Part shown: piece after piece, positions 36,388 through 42,763 of the stretch
Position numbering within the stretch: position 1 is the stretch's first letter
How the letters are laid out: the number at the start of each line of letters is the position of its first letter
From: Octopus sinensis
Lineage: Eukaryota
Direction of reading: 5' to 3'
Length of the DNA stretch: 42,763 nt
Assembly (NCBI RefSeq): GCF_006345805.1
Contig: NW_021832209.1
Coordinates: 1 to 42,763 of the forward strand
Translations under genes and position numbers: made by a program
The notes under the pieces: model-generated
What the model saw: only the letters and a program-made list of their open reading frames with translations
Told to the model about the DNA's origin: nothing
Databases searched by the model: none

Positions 36388-37474
36388 AAACATCTGAGTT
36401 CTCAAAACATCTAAGGGGGTGAGGCTACACACCTGAAACATCAGGGATAGTTCTATAAAAATCAGATTTAGATAATAAACGGACTTCCAAAGTTCTTTAA
36501 TGTTGCACAGTCATATAACAGGTTTTAAAAAAGTATTTAAAAAAAACCTCTTAGTTTCACAGAAAATGAAAATGTAAATCCATCCATAATGAAGTAGGTT
36601 TGAATTCTGGAGATATGAGGAGAGATTTCATACTCACATAATTAGTCCATAATAAAGTGGGTTTCCTGATGTATGGTGATATACTGGTTGCATTTCTGAT
36701 CATTTCTCAAAACTGCTATGTTAGAATTAGTTGAAGGAAATTTAGTGGAGCGTAGAGACAATCACTCACATAGGGTATAATGGGGTAACTGAGAGAAGGG
36801 GTTGTAAATATCCAACTACGCAGAATAGTTTATTTCAGTGGAGACAGACTGACTGGTTAAGAATTTGCAAGAATCTAAGAGTTTTAAAGAGGAATGCTAT
36901 TCTTGACCAGTATACCGTCATTAATTGCAATATAAAGAGGACACGGGAAGGTAATGGCGGGTCAAAGGTTGTCACTATAGGAAAAAGCATTAACAGATTT
37001 CAGTGCAACACTAGAAAGGAGGTCATTTAATTTATTTCTTTATTTATTAATATTACTACTTATACATTGGCAGACTTTGGGACTACATTTAGGGGTCAAA
37101 AGAAAGAATTGAGAGTATTGTTTTTCATAATGAAAAATCGTTATATTATTTCTATGGGATTAGCTTTAATTTACTTGTAGTATATAAAAGAATTACGAAG
37201 TCTTATTAACTTATTTGCTTTAAGTTGGGTTACCTAAATTAGATTAAAAATTAGATTAAATTAATTTAAATTATCTATATAGTCTATTAGAATGACAGTT
37301 TTTTTGCAACTAATTTATTTCTTTATGTTCCAAATCTGGTACAGTTAGAGAGAAAATAACCATAGCTTATGAGCTCGCAGCTATCTATTTAAAATATATA
37401 ATATATGAGAGTATTGCTTTATTAGTATAAGCAAGATAGACAGATCACAAAATGGTTTTTATATACGATTATCA

Positions 37475-39403
37475 TTAAAAATATTTTAGAGTCTTAATTC
37501 TTGCGTGAATACAAGAGAATCCCAATTCTATACGGTTATTCAATAAGTCACCATTTCTTCTATGCATTAGTATTTCAAATGTTTCCATGGAGCAAAGTTG
37601 GCAACCAACTCTGTTACTTTTATAAGGCATCGCTCTTCTAACTAATTCCCAATTAAGGTTATATTTAATATTATTGTTTTTGAGTTCCCAGATCTTACTT
37701 GAAAGTGTGGTGCTATCAGCTTTATGACGTAATTTGAAAGAAGAGAGATGGTTGCTAAGACGTTTCTTAAAATTTATAGTACACCCTAAATAAATAAATT
37801 TGTTATTCTCTGTAGTTATGGTACATTTATAGATTACGTTATTTAACCCGCATAGCCCAGGTGCCGGGCATTTTGATCTAATTCTACAGGTACACCTAGG
37901 GGGATCATTTTCCGATGTGGGATTACTCAAGGATAGATGTCTCATATTCCTGCTATTCAAATCATTATTACTATATTTTTCGCTATTATAGTTAATGCTG
38001 CTATCTAAAATAGTGTTATCGTTATTATAGTTAATGTTGTTATCTAAAGCAGTATTATCATTTATCGGTCTTTCTACACTATCATTTAATTTTATAGTCC
38101 TACCATAATTACTAACATTATTGGTATTGCTACTATTATTGCCAGTATTAGTTTCCAAATGTATACTGTTACTATAGATATCATTGTTGTCTTCATTCCC
38201 GGTATTTTTCCTATTGGTATTACTCCTATTATTAACATAATTGTTCCTATTTGTATTATTATTATTACTAGCTATTCCATAGCTATTGGTTATACCTATG
38301 TTATGATAGTTATTATTATTGTGGCTATTATTACTTTCGGTAATGTTACTACAATTGCCATTGGTATTCCTATTGGTATTATTTAAATTTTTCCTGGCTA
38401 GTTTAATGTTATTATCATTAATCTTAGCTATTAAAGTGGACATATTTGTGAGGGTTGAATAAGAAATTCTGACCGTTTTTTTAGAAATAATTTTATGATA
38501 TCTATGAGAGGTTGGGAAGTTCTTTTCCAGAATTATTTTGAATCTACTCTGAATATCCGATAGAATCGCACGGTTGAAAGGAACATTTAGCCACAGTATA
38601 TCCTTCTTATTAAATTTCCTTGAATTAGAATTGGGGTTAGTTGAATCATTCCTACTCTCACCAGAGTCGTTGTATTTATCAATGTTACTATTTGCATGCT
38701 TCTTTGTTTTATCTAAATTTATCCTATCCGAGTTACCTATGTTCTTATCTTTATTCTTATTTTCATTTAGATTTGTTGTCACCGTAAATCTACTTCTACT
38801 TTTATTTCTAGCGTGATCCCTATTGTTGTTTACGTGGCTATTGTTACATCTTTTATTAGGAATATGTAAGTTCTCTTTATCAATAAAGGTAATTTTTTGG
38901 TTGTATTCTGCCTTAGATAACGCCGCATTATAATGCTCCGAATGGGAGTTAAATATATCAAAATTGGATGATAATTTAGAGATTCTTAAGGAAATATTTC
39001 TATCAAAGTATTAATTATATTTGGGGGATGATTGGATAATTTATTTACGTAACTAGTGATTTCGCCTTCTTTCCTAAATGGGTAATGTAGCGTAGAGTTA
39101 AGGTCTAATGTAATATCTAGGAAATTGACTATTTTAGTGCCTGGTTCATAGGTTATGCTAAGGTTGAAATCTTTAAAGAACCTATTAATTTTCTTTCTAA
39201 TCCTTTCAATGCTCGATTTATTATTACTAGGGATAACAAACAAAGCATCATCCCTATATAGACCAACTTGTAATTCAGGGATCTCCTTTTTTATGCATTT
39301 TAATAGATATGCGCCTACTAAATTAGTCACCTCAGCCGAATCACTGGAACCCATGGGTGTATCGAAAGTATTAGGGGTGTCTGCTCTGGTCCATAATTTT
39401 CCC
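37475..39403 (-). pseudogene. PLE polyprotein: RT C-terminal half, Asn-rich linkers, GIY-YIG endonuclease; one frameshift near 39000
   Basis: FDTPMGSSDSAEVTNLVG, GLYRDDA, VNFLDITLDL, SNHPP; after a 1-nt shift the frame runs into ORF 37475-38782 with DILWLNVPFN, ISYS, CTCRIRSKCPAPGLC, VIY...YLG, CQLC..E, N.R.E...CIH. Confidence 0.9.
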
Positions 39404-40032
39404 TCGTACGAAACAATTGTACCGAAATATTGATCCATTTTTGTTGCTTTTTTCTTGTATATATATGTGTGTATGTGTGTGTGTGTGTGCGTGCGCTGCT
39501 CCGTTGCTGTTGACATGTGAATTCTGTGCGTGCGTTGTCCGAATGTCTACGTTTGCAGAGCTGCCGAATTCGTCTTGTTGGTGCCACAAAATACGTGCAT
39601 GGCGCAGAAGTGGCATGTCATCTGAATGGGACGTATACTTTCTCTTTCGCTCTTAATATCCTTTAACGCCATTGTAAAAGGAGTTTTACCAGAAATATCA
39701 CGGCCAATTGAATACTTCTAAGGTAACGATTTTAATATCTTTCTTATTTTTATTTATCATGTTTAATATTCAATGATTAAAACCAATGATAGGTCTAAGT
39801 TGTTATACTAATAGAAATTTATTTTCTCTCTTTATCTCTTTAGTTCTTATACCTTCGTGAAAGAATTTTTACACCCGAAATTTCAGGATCATTAATTCAG
39901 GATCCGAGGTAAAAATTGAATATCTTCGTTTTTGTCTACATTGATATTTTATTTTCTCACTGTATTGCTGTTGCCCGTTAACACTCCGTTTCCTTTTATA
40001 TATTCATAGCATTCCAACAAACTATCAGCTCT

Positions 40033-40033
<1 letters not shown>

Positions 40034-40084
<51 letters not shown>

Positions 40085-40148
40085 TGTATGTATGTATATA
40101 TTCATCAATTTCCTTTTCTTTCCTTCTTTCTTTCATTCTCTATCTCTT

Positions 40149-40185
<37 letters not shown>

Positions 40186-40241
40186 GCGAATATATATATG
40201 TAAGCATTTATGCATATATATATATATATATATAATATTTG

Positions 40242-40273
<32 letters not shown>

Positions 40274-40462
40274 ATATATATATATATATTTATAATATAT
40301 ATATATATATATATATTACATATATATGTATATATATATGCATATGTACATATATATACATTCATATATATGTGTATATATATAACGGGAATCTTTATGA
40401 AAATAAACAAAAGACGAAGGCAGGTGGAGTACAAACATATATATATATATATATATATATAT

Positions 40463-40515
<53 letters not shown>

Positions 40516-40609
40516 CATGCATACATATAGCATACATACATACATATATATATAATACATGTATACATATATACATAATTATATATATATTTATACTACA
40601 TACATACAT

Positions 40610-40677
<68 letters not shown>

Positions 40678-41134
40678 GTCTGTATACACTTGGGCATGCA
40701 TACTTACATACATGCACACAAGCACAATTCTATGTATACCGTTGTACAAGTACACACATATACGCTTATCACCACACATATAATTATCTGGGTATATTTC
40801 AATCGATGTATGCATTTGCGCTCTTGTGTGTGTCACCGCGCGCGCGCGTGTATGTGTAGTGTGTGTGTATGTGTGTGTGTGTGTGTGTGTGTGAGTAGTA
40901 ATCTGTGTGCAGTACAAAAGCAGCAAGCCAGTGCCAGCTCTACTTATTTATAGATAACTGTTAAGATTTAATGCACTTTCACACAACTTGTATATTCCCC
41001 CATTACGGTCTCCGATCTTTCACACTTCACGAGTTCTCTTTTATACTTTACACTCTATCGCAGATAGCATCCGTTCGCAGGAGTTTTGTACAAACATACA
41101 CACATACACGCATACATACATACCTACATATACG

Positions 41135-41220
<86 letters not shown>

Positions 41221-41241
41221 GTATATATATATATGTATATA

Positions 41242-41309
<68 letters not shown>

Positions 41310-41345
41310 ATATATATATATATATAATATATATATATATATGCA
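40034..41345. repeat. Compound (TG)n/(TC)n/(TA)n/(CA)n microsatellite field
   Basis: Directly visible. Confidence 0.95.
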
Positions 41346-41651
41346 TATAATTACACCCTGCTAATACTGCACAGCCCTACTATTTCACAAGTTAATAATA
41401 GATACATAACATTACAATTTGGTTTTAATTCATTATTCAACGAAACCACTTAAACCCTATATTTAGGAAATGTTCACCGAGAAAAGCTTTGGAGGAGGGA
41501 GTCTTTCCAAAATGGAGGGAAATGCTTCATTGAGAAAGAAATCCTTTCTACAGAGAGAAACGAAGATTCTGTAAATGGAATTTTTTCTAGATTATTAGGA
41601 ATTCTCAATGAATTTCTCTGCGCAGCCCTACACACACTCTTTTCTCTCTTC

Positions 41652-41745
<94 letters not shown>

Positions 41746-41849
41746 ATCTATCTATCTATCTATCTATCTATCATCTATCTATCTATCTATCATGAATGTG
41801 TGTGTGTATACATGCACGCACACATATATGTATTAGCCACTACACATTC

Positions 41850-41993
41850 TTTATTTTCTCTCCTTGTTTCTTTCTGTGGAAGAGCGTAGGCTAGAAACGT
41901 TAAAGACTTTTTTCACTTCCCGAGCGTTATGCTAATAAATCTGTTGTTGTCTACACGACCTATCTTCGTCTTGTGTTTTTTCGTGAATTCTTC

Positions 41994-41997
<4 letters not shown>
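41850..41997 (+). mobile_element. Probable Penelope pseudo-LTR fragment with degenerate hammerhead (41869-41906)
   Basis: tcttt-CTGTGGA-agagcgtaggcta-GAAA-CGTT-aaaga; ends at (TA)n; a related terminal segment lies inverted at about 40388-40437. Confidence 0.5.
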
Positions 41998-42034
<37 letters not shown>

Positions 42035-42545
42035 TATATATATTATATATATACATAATTCCGCACACACCTATATAAAATAATGCCTCACTGCGGGTAA
42101 AACTAGAAGGTAAAGAAGCATGTTTTACCATTGATGTGTGGATAAAGTGAGTAGAGTGTCTCATTATGGAACATTTACAGTTTGTTGACGGTAAATGGTC
42201 CTTACAGATGTAATTCCTGGATTCCTCTCCTCTATCGGCAACAAAGATCAGCAGCTTATAAATTAGCCATAGATTAGGCTAGTGCTGATTGTCCAGCGTG
42301 GTAGCGGTAGGGCCGATAGTCGCAAAGGAGAGTATATCCACTGAGAGATTTTTGCTGCGTTTACCACCCACTTTTCCATGACACAGTTAGGGCCTGGAAT
42401 CTTCCAAACAGACGCATGACATATCACTTAATCGAATTAGCCCATCATTTACTCCACAAATGTCTCGTCGTCAATGCTGTACTTCCCCGTATCACGTGGT
42501 TCATCTTAACTGAATCATATATACAAACCATGCCATTTAAACTCC

Positions 42546-42595
<50 letters not shown>

Positions 42596-42597
<2 letters not shown>

Positions 42598-42690
42598 TTG
42601 GTTTTTCTTTTTTTTTCATCCCCCAAAAGAAAAGCTCTACCTTGTAACTTGACCCATCTGTGTGCAGCCCTGTGTGGCCAATAAAGAAAC
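42596..42690 (+). mobile_element. 95-bp 3' remnant of a Tx1-like LINE related to 9608-15417
   Basis: catccc..aaaagaaaa.ctcta..ttgta...ctgtgt..agccctgtgtggcca..aataaa aligns with about 15337-15417; (CTAT)n on both sides (42546-42595, 42691-42763). Confidence 0.82.
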
Positions 42691-42729
<39 letters not shown>

Positions 42730-42763
42730 CTATCTATCTATCCATCTATCTATCTATCTATCT

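Larger units (their letters stand above)
36270..39460 (-). mobile_element. 5'-truncated Penelope-like element (Hydra-clade-like) with hammerhead-bearing 3' pseudo-LTR and inverted partial pLTR at the 5' junction
   Basis: RT-GIY-YIG ORF 39403-37475; about 50-bp segment aagcaacaaaaatggatcaatatttcggtaca..tgtttcgtacga at 36279-36323 and inverted at 39404-39449; (TA)n-type repeats near both ends. Clade label is inference. Confidence 0.88.

Noticed and set aside
36408-36446. Second hammerhead-like motif on the + strand (gggtg/cacct stem followed by GAAAC)
   Set aside because: CUGANGA core absent and antisense to the element.
39500-39656. Short ORFs beside the PLE 5' junction (e.g. MPLLRHARILWHQQDEF...)
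   Set aside because: Run into (CA)n; overlapping frames on both strands; no motif.
41467-41570. Possible exon after ccctatatttag
   Set aside because: Two open frames, weak donor, no partner exon or homology.
42355-42420. FHDTVRAWNLP, reminiscent of a CR1/L2 ORF2 C-terminus
   Set aside because: About ten residues with no supporting upstream RT sequence.

Overview
Eukaryotic, microsatellite-saturated animal DNA; the repeat families and simple-repeat density suggest a coleoid cephalopod such as Octopus (inference, not verified). Most of the supplied ORF track is noise from (TA)n/(CA)n/(CTAT)n/(TAA)n repeats or antisense to retroelement ORFs. Supported content: (1) a near full-length, decayed L1/Tx1-clade LINE at 9608-15417 inside a (CTAT)n array, with a related 95-bp 3' remnant in another (CTAT)n array at 42596-42690; (2) nine R4/Dong-type (RLE endonuclease) LINE pieces at 22211-30689 interleaved with (TAA)n arrays, one nearly complete; (3) three Penelope-like elements, one with an apparently intact hammerhead ribozyme and an inverted partial pseudo-LTR; (4) a 640-bp non-coding RTE-derived element whose 5' end folds as an HDV-like ribozyme; (5) a stand-alone minimal hammerhead at 8966-9008; (6) SINEs, a solo LTR with 5-bp TSD and a deleted mariner; (7) one long non-TE ORF at 20941-21999 encoding an unrecognised His/Cys-rich protein with a C-terminal hydrophobic anchor; (8) several unexplained inverted repeats. 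Family and clade names come from recognised motifs, not database searches, and all RNA folds were derived by hand.
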